The translations under genes were made by a program, and so were the position numbers. Below, in pieces: positions 1 through 9,219 of a stretch of 64,000 nucleotides of DNA (positions are counted from its first letter, which is position 1; every line of letters begins with the position of its first letter). The DNA comes from Candidatus Multivoradales bacterium (lineage in GTDB: Bacteria; Acidobacteriota; Thermoanaerobaculia; Multivoradales; Multivoraceae): NCBI GenBank assembly GCA_965223325.1, contig CBDCWI010000001.1, positions 1,408,001 through 1,472,000 of the forward strand. The letters are read 5' to 3'. The notes below the pieces were generated by a model, which was not told the origin of the DNA, did no database searches, and saw only the letters and a program-made list of their open reading frames with translations.

Positions 1-2
1 GC

Positions 3-335
3 TCGAAACCGCTTCCCGCCATCTCCTTCGGTGAGGTGCTGCACTCCTCCGACGTACCGGGAGGGGTCGTGAACCTGCTCACCGGGCGGGCCGACGAGCT
101 GCTCGAGCACTTCGCCTCCCATATGGACGTCAATGCGCTGGTCCTCGCGCGTCGCGGTGACTCAGAAGCCGTAGATCTGGCCACCGCCAGAACGCTCGCC
201 GCCTCAAACCTCAAGCGGGTCCGGGCAACCTCCGCGGAGTCTCTTGCCGACTTCCTCGAAGACACAGCCCAGGGCCCCTGGTCGATTCGCGACCTGCAAG
301 AAGTCAAGACCACCTGGCACCCAATCGGGTCTTAG
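3..335 (+). CDS. Aldehyde dehydrogenase family protein, C-terminal part (5' truncated by window edge)
   Basis: Frame is open from the window start. EVLHSSDVPGGVVNLLTG, HFASHMDVNAL and C-terminal EVKTTWHPIG are typical ALDH-family motifs. Confidence 0.85.
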   Translation, partial: SKPLPAISFGEVLHSSDVPGGVVNLLTGRADELLEHFASHMDVNALVLARRGDSEAVDLATARTLAASNLKRVRATSAESLADFLEDTAQGPWSIRDLQEVKTTWHPIGS

Positions 336-341
336 CCGCTC

Positions 342-2273
342 GTGTGCCGGGTCGGAGCCGCGAGCCCGCCGCTGCTGGCTGCAACACTGACGGCCGTCAT
401 GCTCCTGGCCGCGCCGCAACAGTCGGCGTTGGCTGCCAGCGAGGTGACCTGGGCGCGCGACGTGGCGCCAATTCTCCAGCGCTCGTGTGTAGCGTGCCAT
501 CGACCCGACGGCGCGGCTCCCTTTTCGCTCCAAGGGCCCAGCGACGCAAAGAAGCGCGCTCGCCTGCTCGCCGAAGTGACGACAACCAGAACCATGCCGC
601 CGTGGCTGGCCTCCGGGGACTACGCCTTCACCGGCGACCGGCGCCTTTCTCGCGAGGAGATCGAGACCATTGCGCGCTGGGCCAACGACGGCGCACCACT
701 CGGTGACCTCGATCAGGCCCCAGAGCCGACCTCCCCCTCGGTTGGCTGGCAGCTCGGCACTCCCGACTTGACTGCGCGCTCGCCCAGCTGGCGGGTTCCA
801 GCGGACGGAAGCGACGTCTTTAGAAACTTCATCCTCGAGTGGGACGGTGACAAAGAACTCCAAACCAGGCGCCGAATTCGCGCTGTCGAGATCCGCCCAA
901 CCAACCCACGCCCGCTCCATCATGCGGTGCTCACCGTCGATCACACCGGCTCTTCACGCCGGCTCGACCGGGCCGACCCCGAGCCGGGGTGGAACGGTAT
1001 GGAAAGTGCGTCCCGGGCGTTTAGCCCAGAGGGTCTGTTCCTGGGCTGGACTCCCGGGAAGGCCGCCTTCCCTGGCTACCCCGACCTGACCTGGGAACTC
1101 GCACCGCGCGATGACCTGGTCGTGCTTGCTCATCTACTGCCGACCGGCCGCAGCGAGCCGTTTTCTATCGAAGTCGGCCTCTTCTTTGAGGAGACCGGCA
1201 GCGCCAGGCAACCGTCACGGCGAGCCACTGCGCTGCGGCTCGGCTCGCAGGTTCTCGACATCCCGGCGGGCGGCGAGTTCGAAATCACCGATCGCTTCGT
1301 CCTGCCGGTCGATGCCGAGCTGCGCAGCGTCTACCCCCACGCGCACTATCTCGGCAAGTCCTTCTCGCTCACCTCGACCACTGCCGCCGGTGATCAGAAG
1401 ACCATCCTTGTGATCGAGCGCTGGAACTTCGAATGGCAGGACGAGTACCGCCTCGAAGAGGCGCTGGTGCTGCCCGCCGGCACGACCCTCGAAGGACGCA
1501 TTCGCTGGGACAACAGTGCGGAGAACCCGCACAACCCTTCCGACCCGCCGCAGAGAGTTCGGTTCGGACCCGGTTCCGAAGACGAGATGGGTGATCTCTG
1601 GGTTCTGCTCGTCGCTCGTGACCCTGAAACCGAGCAGCGGCTTGCTGAAGCGGCCACGAGCCATGCGCTGGGACTGCGCGAAGCGGGCCTCGAAGCACGG
1701 CTGGCACGGGACCCGGGTGACCTTGAAGCGCGCCGAGGCAAAGCCGACATTCGCATCGCCAAAGGCGACTTCGAGGCCGGCGAGCTCGGTTTACGTACGG
1801 TGCTCACTGAAGACCCGAACGACGCGCTCGCAAACGGCAACCTGGGAAACGTGTTGATGGCCACCGGCAGACACGACGAAGCGGTCGCCCACTTCGAACG
1901 CGCCGCCACCCTCGAGCCCTGGCGAGCCGAGGCCTGGTTCAACCTCGCGAACGGTCGCGCCGCCAACGGCCGGTTCGAAGAAGCACTTGCAGACCACCAA
2001 CGCGCTCTCACCATCGACGCCGATGATCCAGCGATCTGGCTCAACCGGGGCATCGTGCTCAACAGCCTGGCGCGACACAAAGAAGAGCGAGCATCCTACG
2101 AACGAGCACTCAGCCTCGATCGTCGCTACGCACCGGCCTGGTACAACCTTGCCCTGGCGCTCATTCGTTCCGGCGAGCCCGACCGAGCGCTCGAAGTGCT
2201 TGACCAGGCTCTCGGCGAGATTCCTGATCAGCCACGGCTGCGGGCGTTGCGACAGGAACTCGACAACCGCTGA
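342..2273 (+). CDS. Secreted heme-c (CxxCH) + copper type II (PHM/DBH-like) monooxygenase domain + TPR repeat protein
   Basis: Signal peptide; CVACH; LHHAV, LAHLL, YPHAHY and DEMG copper-ligand pattern; C-terminal TPRs (AWFNLANG, IWLNRGIV, AWYNLALA). Confidence 0.75.
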   Translation: MCRVGAASPPLLAATLTAVMLLAAPQQSALAASEVTWARDVAPILQRSCVACHRPDGAAPFSLQGPSDAKKRARLLAEVTTTRTMPPWLASGDYAFTGDRRLSREEIETIARWANDGAPLGDLDQAPEPTSPSVGWQLGTPDLTARSPSWRVPADGSDVFRNFILEWDGDKELQTRRRIRAVEIRPTNPRPLHHAVLTVDHTGSSRRLDRADPEPGWNGMESASRAFSPEGLFLGWTPGKAAFPGYPDLTWELAPRDDLVVLAHLLPTGRSEPFSIEVGLFFEETGSARQPSRRATALRLGSQVLDIPAGGEFEITDRFVLPVDAELRSVYPHAHYLGKSFSLTSTTAAGDQKTILVIERWNFEWQDEYRLEEALVLPAGTTLEGRIRWDNSAENPHNPSDPPQRVRFGPGSEDEMGDLWVLLVARDPETEQRLAEAATSHALGLREAGLEARLARDPGDLEARRGKADIRIAKGDFEAGELGLRTVLTEDPNDALANGNLGNVLMATGRHDEAVAHFERAATLEPWRAEAWFNLANGRAANGRFEEALADHQRALTIDADDPAIWLNRGIVLNSLARHKEERASYERALSLDRRYAPAWYNLALALIRSGEPDRALEVLDQALGEIPDQPRLRALRQELDNR

Positions 2274-2309
2274 TCGCCAGCCCAATCGGGAGGTCGCGCA
2301 GGTGGTGCA

Positions 2310-3320
2310 ATGATGAGGCCTGCACTGCACTTCGTTTCTCGAACCAGGAGGCACGCCTTGACCATGTCGAGCCTGACCCATGCATCTCGTCACCTGACCA
2401 GCACACCCCTCGCCGCTCTCATCGCCACACTCACCGTTGTCGTTCTGGTACAGAGCCTCTCTGCCCAGGATGCGCCGCCCTCGACCGACATCTTCGTCGT
2501 GTCCTGGCAAAGCACCGACGGCGAAGTACCGATGGTTGGAAGCGTCACCCGGGTGACCGACCGCGACGGCTACGACAATCAACCAGCCTTCCTGCCACCG
2601 GTAGGCGATCAGGCACCAGAGCTCGCCTTCACCTCGGCGAACGCGAGCGGGTCCACCGAGATCCTCGTCCATTCGCTCGAGGACGGCGCCACTGACACTC
2701 TGATCTCCACTCCCCAGAAGGAATACTCGCCGACTCAGGTTCCGGGCAGCACGGCCATCTCGGTGATCCGCGACTACGGCAACCAGCGCCAGGAGCTATG
2801 GCGATTCGACATCTCGGGCGAGCTTCCAGCGCGCGATGGTGCGGGCGCGAAGCACCTGCTTCCGGACATCAACCCGATTGGCTACCACGTCTGGACGACC
2901 GACGGTCGTCTGCTGCTGTTCGTTCTGGGCGATCCCCCCACGCTGCGCCTGGCGAAACCAGGTCCCGGAAGCGGCACTGTCCTGGCGGAAAACCCGGGCC
3001 GCGCACTCAAGCGCATTCCAGGTTCTGACCGGTTGGCGTTCGTTCACAAAGTCGCGGCCAACGAATGGTGGATCACCTCTGTGGACCTCGAGTCGCGCAA
3101 GCTCGAGCGCCTCTTCACAACGGTCGAGGGAAGCGAAGATTTCGCGATCGCGCCCGACGGGGCCTTCTGGATGGCGAAAGACAGCCACCTCTACCGCCGC
3201 TCACCCGGTGACGACGCCTGGCAGACGGTCGCGGACCTGGCGGCTTCAGGAATTGGAGGGATTACCCGTCTGGCGTGGGACCAGAAGGGCGAACGCCTGG
3301 CCGTCGTGGCAGCGCGCTAG
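2310..3320 (+). CDS. TolB-like beta-propeller periplasmic protein (start may be 2364)
   Basis: Signal peptide, GYDNQPAF, EYSPT and repeated WxxDG/PDG blades. Confidence 0.65.
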   Translation: MMRPALHFVSRTRRHALTMSSLTHASRHLTSTPLAALIATLTVVVLVQSLSAQDAPPSTDIFVVSWQSTDGEVPMVGSVTRVTDRDGYDNQPAFLPPVGDQAPELAFTSANASGSTEILVHSLEDGATDTLISTPQKEYSPTQVPGSTAISVIRDYGNQRQELWRFDISGELPARDGAGAKHLLPDINPIGYHVWTTDGRLLLFVLGDPPTLRLAKPGPGSGTVLAENPGRALKRIPGSDRLAFVHKVAANEWWITSVDLESRKLERLFTTVEGSEDFAIAPDGAFWMAKDSHLYRRSPGDDAWQTVADLAASGIGGITRLAWDQKGERLAVVAAR

Positions 3321-5185
3321 CCAGAGGCCGCTAGCTGCCGCTCGAGAGCCGCGCGATTGGCAGCTGCTTCGGCGTAGCTCGGATCGATTTGGCTTGCCTT
3401 TCGAAAGTGCATCAACGCCTCCCTCGCTCGCGACGGGCTGGGAGATTGCTGCATGATCACCACGCCAAGAGCGTTCCAGCTCGGCGCGTGACCAACACGC
3501 GCAGCGACGGCTCGGCGCAGCGTGACTTCAGCGCGCTCGAGTTCACCGAGTTCGACCAGCACGATGCCCAACCGGTAGAGCAGCTCGCCGTCCTCTTTGG
3601 CTGGGTTGCGTGAGAAGAACTCGTCGATCGCCTGGCGGGCACGTTCGATTTCGCCGGCCTCGAGCAGCGCACCAGAGAGATCGTGGATCGCCTGCAGCTG
3701 ACCGGGGCGGAGCCGGGCAGCCTCTTCGAATAGCGGCAGGGCCTCACCCTGGCGACCGCTCTCCGCCAAAAGAACCGCCAGGTTGCCCATCGCTTCGGCG
3801 TCGTCGGGTTGGAACACAAGCGCCTTTTCAAACGACTCGATCGCCGCTTGCCGCTGGCCGTGATTCTTCTGCGTCAGGCCGAGGTTGTAGAACGCCCAGA
3901 AGCTCCCTCCTCGCGCTTCGGCGGCCCGTGTGTATAGGCTCAAGTCGTCGCGCCAGGTCTGGGCCTGGCGCCACGTCAAAACAGACATCACACCCACGAT
4001 AGGGAGAAGGGCCAGCACCGCCACGCGCGGTGCCAGTGCTCGCTGCTTCAAACCGGCCGCTCCCTCCGACAGCCATTTCCAAGAGCCCCAGAACAGTGCG
4101 AGCGAAAGACCGACACTCGGCAGGTAGGTATAGCGATCGGCGTGACCCTGGAGGCCAACCTGGACGATCCCGATCATCGGAACCAACATGCCAACGAACC
4201 ACAGCCAGCCGACCAACCACCACGGCTCGCGGTGCCGAACGCGCCAGGCAGCTGCCGCGATGAGCACCACCAGAACTGCCGCCGGGATCGCCATCGCGAG
4301 AGAGGGTGGTTCGAAGCGGTAGAAGACGGCGAGATCGTGCGGCCACAGGAGCATACTCAGGTAGCGCGGGATCGAAACCGCAGCGTTCGCCAGGCGATCA
4401 GTGAGCGGAAACACATCGAGGCTCTGCACAACCGCGTGCTGCGCCCGGAGCGTCATGGCGATCGACCCCACAACAAGAGCGAAGAAGGGCACCTTCTCAA
4501 GTACCAGGCGCCGCCACAGAGGAGCCTTGCCAGAGCGCATGCGGTCAAGCGGCCAGAGGTCGATGAGGAGTAACACGAACGGCACCGTCACCAGGACCGG
4601 CTTGGTCATCAGCCCGCACGCAAACAAGGCGAGTGCCAGAAGGTAGCGCGCCGTTCCGGGCTTGCTCGCGTACCAGAGCCAGGCCAGCAACAAGAGAGCA
4701 AAGAACAGCGCCGAAAGTGTGTCCTTGCGTTCTGATAACCATGCCACCGACTCGACGTGCAGCGGATGGAGCAGAAAAACGGCCGCAACCGCAACAGCTG
4801 GCCAGAGCGCTCTGGTCGCCAGCCAGGCGAAGACCAGGAAACCGACTCCAGCCGCCGCGTGCAATCCCACCGACACAAGATGGTGCTTGCCCCATTGGTC
4901 GCCAAACAGGTCGACGTCGAGCATGTGCGAGATCCACGTCAATGGATGCCAGTTGTTCGAGTGGGTCTCGAGAAAGGCCCACCGAATGCTGTCTGCAGTC
5001 AGACCGGCAAGGACTGCCGGATTGGTAGTGACGTAGGCGGGGTCATCGAAGCTCACCGGGCCGTGGTTGCGCACCGGGGCGTAGGCCGCGAAGGTGAGAA
5101 CGACGAGTACAACCGCCGCAAGGAACAACGCACGGAGGGCGGGGGACTCCATCCGCTCCGGGCTCCCCTTCTTCGGCTTGCTCAT
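3317..5185 (-). CDS. TMTC-like GT-C membrane glycosyltransferase with C-terminal TPR repeats
   Basis: FDD motif after TM1, WHPLTWISH, HPLHVESVAWLSERKD, ADRYTYLP, many TM helices, TPRs. Confidence 0.8.
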   Translation of the reverse strand: MSKPKKGSPERMESPALRALFLAAVVLVVLTFAAYAPVRNHGPVSFDDPAYVTTNPAVLAGLTADSIRWAFLETHSNNWHPLTWISHMLDVDLFGDQWGKHHLVSVGLHAAAGVGFLVFAWLATRALWPAVAVAAVFLLHPLHVESVAWLSERKDTLSALFFALLLLAWLWYASKPGTARYLLALALFACGLMTKPVLVTVPFVLLLIDLWPLDRMRSGKAPLWRRLVLEKVPFFALVVGSIAMTLRAQHAVVQSLDVFPLTDRLANAAVSIPRYLSMLLWPHDLAVFYRFEPPSLAMAIPAAVLVVLIAAAAWRVRHREPWWLVGWLWFVGMLVPMIGIVQVGLQGHADRYTYLPSVGLSLALFWGSWKWLSEGAAGLKQRALAPRVAVLALLPIVGVMSVLTWRQAQTWRDDLSLYTRAAEARGGSFWAFYNLGLTQKNHGQRQAAIESFEKALVFQPDDAEAMGNLAVLLAESGRQGEALPLFEEAARLRPGQLQAIHDLSGALLEAGEIERARQAIDEFFSRNPAKEDGELLYRLGIVLVELGELERAEVTLRRAVAARVGHAPSWNALGVVIMQQSPSPSRAREALMHFRKASQIDPSYAEAAANRAALERQLAASG

Positions 5186-5217
5186 CGTGTGCCGGATATC
5201 TACCTTCTGGTCAAGCA

Positions 5218-5246
5218 CAAAAGAGGGGACCATCTGGTCCCCCCTT
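5218..5246 (-). terminator. Probable intrinsic terminator of the TonB receptor gene
   Basis: GGGGACCA/TGGTCCCC stem followed by TCTTTT on the minus strand, about 40 nt after the stop at 5286. Confidence 0.6.
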
Positions 5247-5285
5247 GCATCATCTAGCGGCTGCTGCCGGCACGGCGACGACTAG

Positions 5286-8200
5286 CTAGAAACGAACCGA
5301 AGCCAACAGACGATACTTCCGCGGCTGCTGGAAGGAACGACGGGAGCGCAACGGAAAACCAGTGCGCGAACTCGTCGAGACCTGCTCCTGCTCCATCGTC
5401 AGGTTGGTGACCTCGAAGCGCAGGCGTCCCTGGACACGGTCGCTCAAGGGGAACGTCCAGGCGGCGCTGGTGTTCAGCCAGTAGTGGTCGTCGTTCTCGA
5501 AGGTCCCGCGCGGCGTCAGGTAGAGGTTGATGCCGGTGTTGCGGGCGTTGTCGAGCAACGACACAGCCGGGTTGGCGGCACCCACCGTCTTCTGCCAGGG
5601 CGAGCCCGACTGGAAGGTGAAGCTACCGCCGACGTTGAGGCTGTGCTTGCCGAAGTTCCAGACCTTGAAGCCGTACGACTTGAAAATGACCGGCCGGTCG
5701 ACCGGCATTTCGCCTTCACGGTTGATCGTCGACAGCGGCTGGCCGATGAACTGCACCATGTCATCGATGCATGAAGCACTGAGTCCCTGGGCGGTGCAGA
5801 AATCGGTGACTTCCCCGGTCGGCAAGGTGACCGGATTGTTGCGCCAGGCCTCGATGATCTGGTCGGTCAAGACGGCGTCCATATTGCGACCGTAGTCATC
5901 GTCGAGGTTGTTGAAGGCGCCGAGGTCGTTGTTGCCGTTACCACCACCGTAGGTGCGGCCTTCGACCTTCGAGAAAGTGATGTTGTTGAACCACGCCCAG
6001 TTGTTGCGGAAGCGGCGGTTGAGCTGCAGCTGCAAGGCCTGGTAGTTGCGGTCGTCGTCCTGGAAGTTGTTGAGGATCTCCTCAGCCATCGCCTCGGTTG
6101 CTGGCGCCCCATTGAACGTCGAGTTGGCGTTCGTGGTGACGAAGTTCTGTGCGAAGTTCGTCGCCCGCAGATTGCCGGCATAGTCGTCGTAGTTGGCAAC
6201 CATCAGGTAGAGGTTGCCGTTGTTGTCGCGCTGAAGAGTCGAGCCAATGAGGTTGTCGACCTCCCAGAAGATGCCCTTCGCGTCGAATGCCCAGTTGTCG
6301 GCGAACTGCCACTCCCACCCGATCACCAGCTCGTCGCGGTGGTAAGGGGAAATGTCGGTGCGATAGAAGCCTTCGTCATTGAGCTCCCACATGCGACCGG
6401 GGCGAACCTCGCCAAGCCGGAAACAATAGTCACCGTGGCCAGGGTTACTCGAGATGGGCAGCCCGAGACTCCCCAGAATCGAACAAATGATTGGCGGTGG
6501 CAACGCCCCGAAGGCGGCACTGTTGACACTCGAGGCGTGCATCAAGAGGTCGTAGGCATTCGATGCCCCGGTCCAGTCCTCCTGCAGATTGGCGTTGACC
6601 AGGAACTGCGGCGTCTGGTTGAAGAAGCGCCCGACGTTCAGGGTCAAGAGCGAACGGCCGTCGCCCTTCATGTCATAGACCGCGTTGAGGCGCGGTGACA
6701 GGTCATCGCTATCGATGACGGTACGACCACGGTCGTTCTTGAGCTCCTGCTGCTCCAGGCGCAGGCCGATGTTGAAGGTGAAGTGATCACCGACACTGAA
6801 ACGATCGCGTACATAGAACCCGAAGTTCTCACCGTCAGACTCACCCGAGCCTTTGGTCAGACCATGGTTGTTGTAGTCGACCAGGAAGCAGCGGGTCTCC
6901 TCACCGAAATTGGCCGGATCGTTGGCTTGACCAATGCAGTTGGTGCTCGACCCGTAGCGGGTGCCGAGCTGGAAGTCGTACGCCTGCTGGATGTTGGGGC
7001 GCTGAACCTCCTGCTCCCAGGCCACCTGCTGCGCGTCGACGCCGTACTTGAACTCGTGGTTGGCACCGGCAAACTGCGTGGCGGCGATGTTGAGCTGCTC
7101 GCGCGGAAAATCGTTTTGGCCGTAGCCCTGGGCAAAGATCCAACCGTTGTGCCAGCTGTTGTCGAAGGCCTGCACGAAGGCGTTGTCGTTGTTGTTCGGC
7201 GATAGTGCACCGAGGCTGGCGTCAGGTGCATAGCGCGGGTCCTGGGCCTTCTGCTCAGGAGTGAAGGGACGACGACGGTTCTCGGTCGAAACCTGGCGGG
7301 CAATCTTGGCTTCGAGGAAGAGCTTCTGGCTGATCGACCAGTTCCACGACAGCGAGTTCACGTCGCCAGAGAGGTCAAAGAAGGTGGCGTTGTAGCGGTC
7401 ACCCATCGCCGGCAGCAGGAAGATGCGATCGACCGGAGCGTCGATATAGGTGTAGGCGATGCTGTGCTCGAAGCTCGGTTGGAAGTTGAGCTTGCCAATG
7501 GTTGCGAACAGCTCGGAGCTGTTGTTGAAAACATGGCCATCGAGGGTCTTGTCGAGCTGGTTGGTCGAGGTCTCACCACGAGCGGCGAACCACCAGGCTT
7601 TGTCCTTCTTGAACCAACCGCCCAGCGAGGCTTCGACGTTGACGTTGTCGCCACCCTGCTCTCCCGGTCCGTAGACCGTCCAGTTGGTCGCTGTCTGAAT
7701 CGCCTGGTCGCGGGTCTGCCCCTGATCGATGAACGTGCGCACCAGGCGTTCGTCCTGCGCCAGGGCCGGCTGCGGATCGTAGTTCTCGTTCCAGCTGTTG
7801 TTGCTGTAGACACCAGCGAGATCGCCATGGAACTTGTTCGAGCCCGACTTGACGATCAGGTTGGTGTGCGAGCCGACGTTGCGGCCGTACTCGGCCGAGC
7901 CGCCGCCGGCTTCGAGGTTGACCTGTTGAAGCGCCGACGTGGGCAGAAAGACGCGGGTTCCGCCGCCACGCATCGAGTACGTGGTGTCGACACCATCGAC
8001 GTAGACGTTCGACTCCTGCCACAGCGCACCGTTGACGGTGGGTCGCGAAGACGAAAGATCAGCCGATTCGGCGTCGTTGGTGACGCCGGGCAGAACCTGG
8101 AGCGCGCCGTAGAAAGAACGCACACTGGCCGAAATCTCGCCGGCCGTCTCGGCTTCCATGGTGGCACCGGCGGTGACGTTGTACTTGTCGACCATCGGTG

Positions 8201-8579
8201 CTTCGGAAGTGACGGTGATCTCTTCCGAGGTCGCGGCCACGCCGAGGCGCAGCTCGACGACATGGCGACCGCCTGCGTCGACCTTGGCAGCACCGAGCGC
8301 CGGCTCCATTCCTTCGAGCTCGGCGCGCAGCTGGTACTCACCCGGCCTGACGAGCCCAAAACGATACGCGCCGGTGTCATCGCTGATGACGCTCTGCTCG
8401 CCGCGCTCACCCACGAGGGTGATGGTGACGCCGGGTAGCGGCGAGCCGTCGGCTGCCGTCACGGTGCCGGTGATGTTGCCGGTCTCGGGACCATCGGCCA
8501 GGGCTGGAGCTGCCGCTACGGCCAGGAGAGCCATCGCCAGCAGGAAGATGAAGGGGATCCTGTATCGCATTCGAGTCAA
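5286..8579 (-). CDS. TonB-dependent receptor (Oar-like, N-terminal carboxypeptidase-regulatory-like domain)
   Basis: Signal peptide; GNITGTVTAADGSPLPGVTI; EEITVTSEAP; SAEYGR; SPRL; ends in ...LASVRF (C-terminal Phe of a beta-barrel). Confidence 0.9.
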   Translation of the reverse strand: MTRMRYRIPFIFLLAMALLAVAAAPALADGPETGNITGTVTAADGSPLPGVTITLVGERGEQSVISDDTGAYRFGLVRPGEYQLRAELEGMEPALGAAKVDAGGRHVVELRLGVAATSEEITVTSEAPMVDKYNVTAGATMEAETAGEISASVRSFYGALQVLPGVTNDAESADLSSSRPTVNGALWQESNVYVDGVDTTYSMRGGGTRVFLPTSALQQVNLEAGGGSAEYGRNVGSHTNLIVKSGSNKFHGDLAGVYSNNSWNENYDPQPALAQDERLVRTFIDQGQTRDQAIQTATNWTVYGPGEQGGDNVNVEASLGGWFKKDKAWWFAARGETSTNQLDKTLDGHVFNNSSELFATIGKLNFQPSFEHSIAYTYIDAPVDRIFLLPAMGDRYNATFFDLSGDVNSLSWNWSISQKLFLEAKIARQVSTENRRRPFTPEQKAQDPRYAPDASLGALSPNNNDNAFVQAFDNSWHNGWIFAQGYGQNDFPREQLNIAATQFAGANHEFKYGVDAQQVAWEQEVQRPNIQQAYDFQLGTRYGSSTNCIGQANDPANFGEETRCFLVDYNNHGLTKGSGESDGENFGFYVRDRFSVGDHFTFNIGLRLEQQELKNDRGRTVIDSDDLSPRLNAVYDMKGDGRSLLTLNVGRFFNQTPQFLVNANLQEDWTGASNAYDLLMHASSVNSAAFGALPPPIICSILGSLGLPISSNPGHGDYCFRLGEVRPGRMWELNDEGFYRTDISPYHRDELVIGWEWQFADNWAFDAKGIFWEVDNLIGSTLQRDNNGNLYLMVANYDDYAGNLRATNFAQNFVTTNANSTFNGAPATEAMAEEILNNFQDDDRNYQALQLQLNRRFRNNWAWFNNITFSKVEGRTYGGGNGNNDLGAFNNLDDDYGRNMDAVLTDQIIEAWRNNPVTLPTGEVTDFCTAQGLSASCIDDMVQFIGQPLSTINREGEMPVDRPVIFKSYGFKVWNFGKHSLNVGGSFTFQSGSPWQKTVGAANPAVSLLDNARNTGINLYLTPRGTFENDDHYWLNTSAAWTFPLSDRVQGRLRFEVTNLTMEQEQVSTSSRTGFPLRSRRSFQQPRKYRLLASVRF

Positions 8580-8777
8580 CCTCCGATTCGTGTGCCGGTT
8601 CGTGGGTCGAGATGCCGGCGGGTTTCGGTCCGGGTGTGGTTCTGGTTCTCTAGCAGCTTGAAAGATTCGCCGAGACTACAGCATCGAACACTCGTTCAAG
8701 GGCCTACTGGTCCCGGGAACAGAAACTTCTACCGTCCGGTCGGTCGGGGCGCAATGCGCGCGAGCGCCTCGCGTTTT

Positions 8778-9212
8778 TCAGTCCTGCCCCTTGATCTCCT
8801 CATCCTCGCGACGGTCCGGCCGCGCCTTGACGGTCGAGTAACGCCTGAGGTTGACGGTTCCTGGCGGCGCACCACGCGGCTTGCTGACATCGGCACCGCG
8901 GGCCATGTGAATGTCGACCTGGCCGCCAGCGCGAGCACCCGAGTAGCCGGCCGCCAGGCCAGCAGCAAAACGTTCGGTCTCGCGCGGCAGACGATCGACT
9001 CCGTCAGGGTTTCGAATGACCACATGCGAACCCGATTGCGCAGCAACATGCATCCAGAAGTCTTTGGGGGAGGCGAGTTTGATCGATAGCACGTCGTTGT
9101 CGCGCGCACTCCTTCCTACGAGCACAATGAAACCGTCAGGCGAGAGGAAGCGCCGAGCGATACTTTTGCCACGAAAGATGCCGCGGTCGCGATCGGTCAG
9201 GGGCTGGTTCAT
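8778..9212 (-). CDS. Stand-alone NFACT RNA-binding domain protein (DUF814)
   Basis: VLVGRSARDNDVLS, DFWMHVAAQSGSHVVI, AAGLAAGYS and VSKPRGAPPGTV match NFACT-R. Confidence 0.85.
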   Translation of the reverse strand: MNQPLTDRDRGIFRGKSIARRFLSPDGFIVLVGRSARDNDVLSIKLASPKDFWMHVAAQSGSHVVIRNPDGVDRLPRETERFAAGLAAGYSGARAGGQVDIHMARGADVSKPRGAPPGTVNLRRYSTVKARPDRREDEEIKGQD

Positions 9213-9219
9213 AGGACGC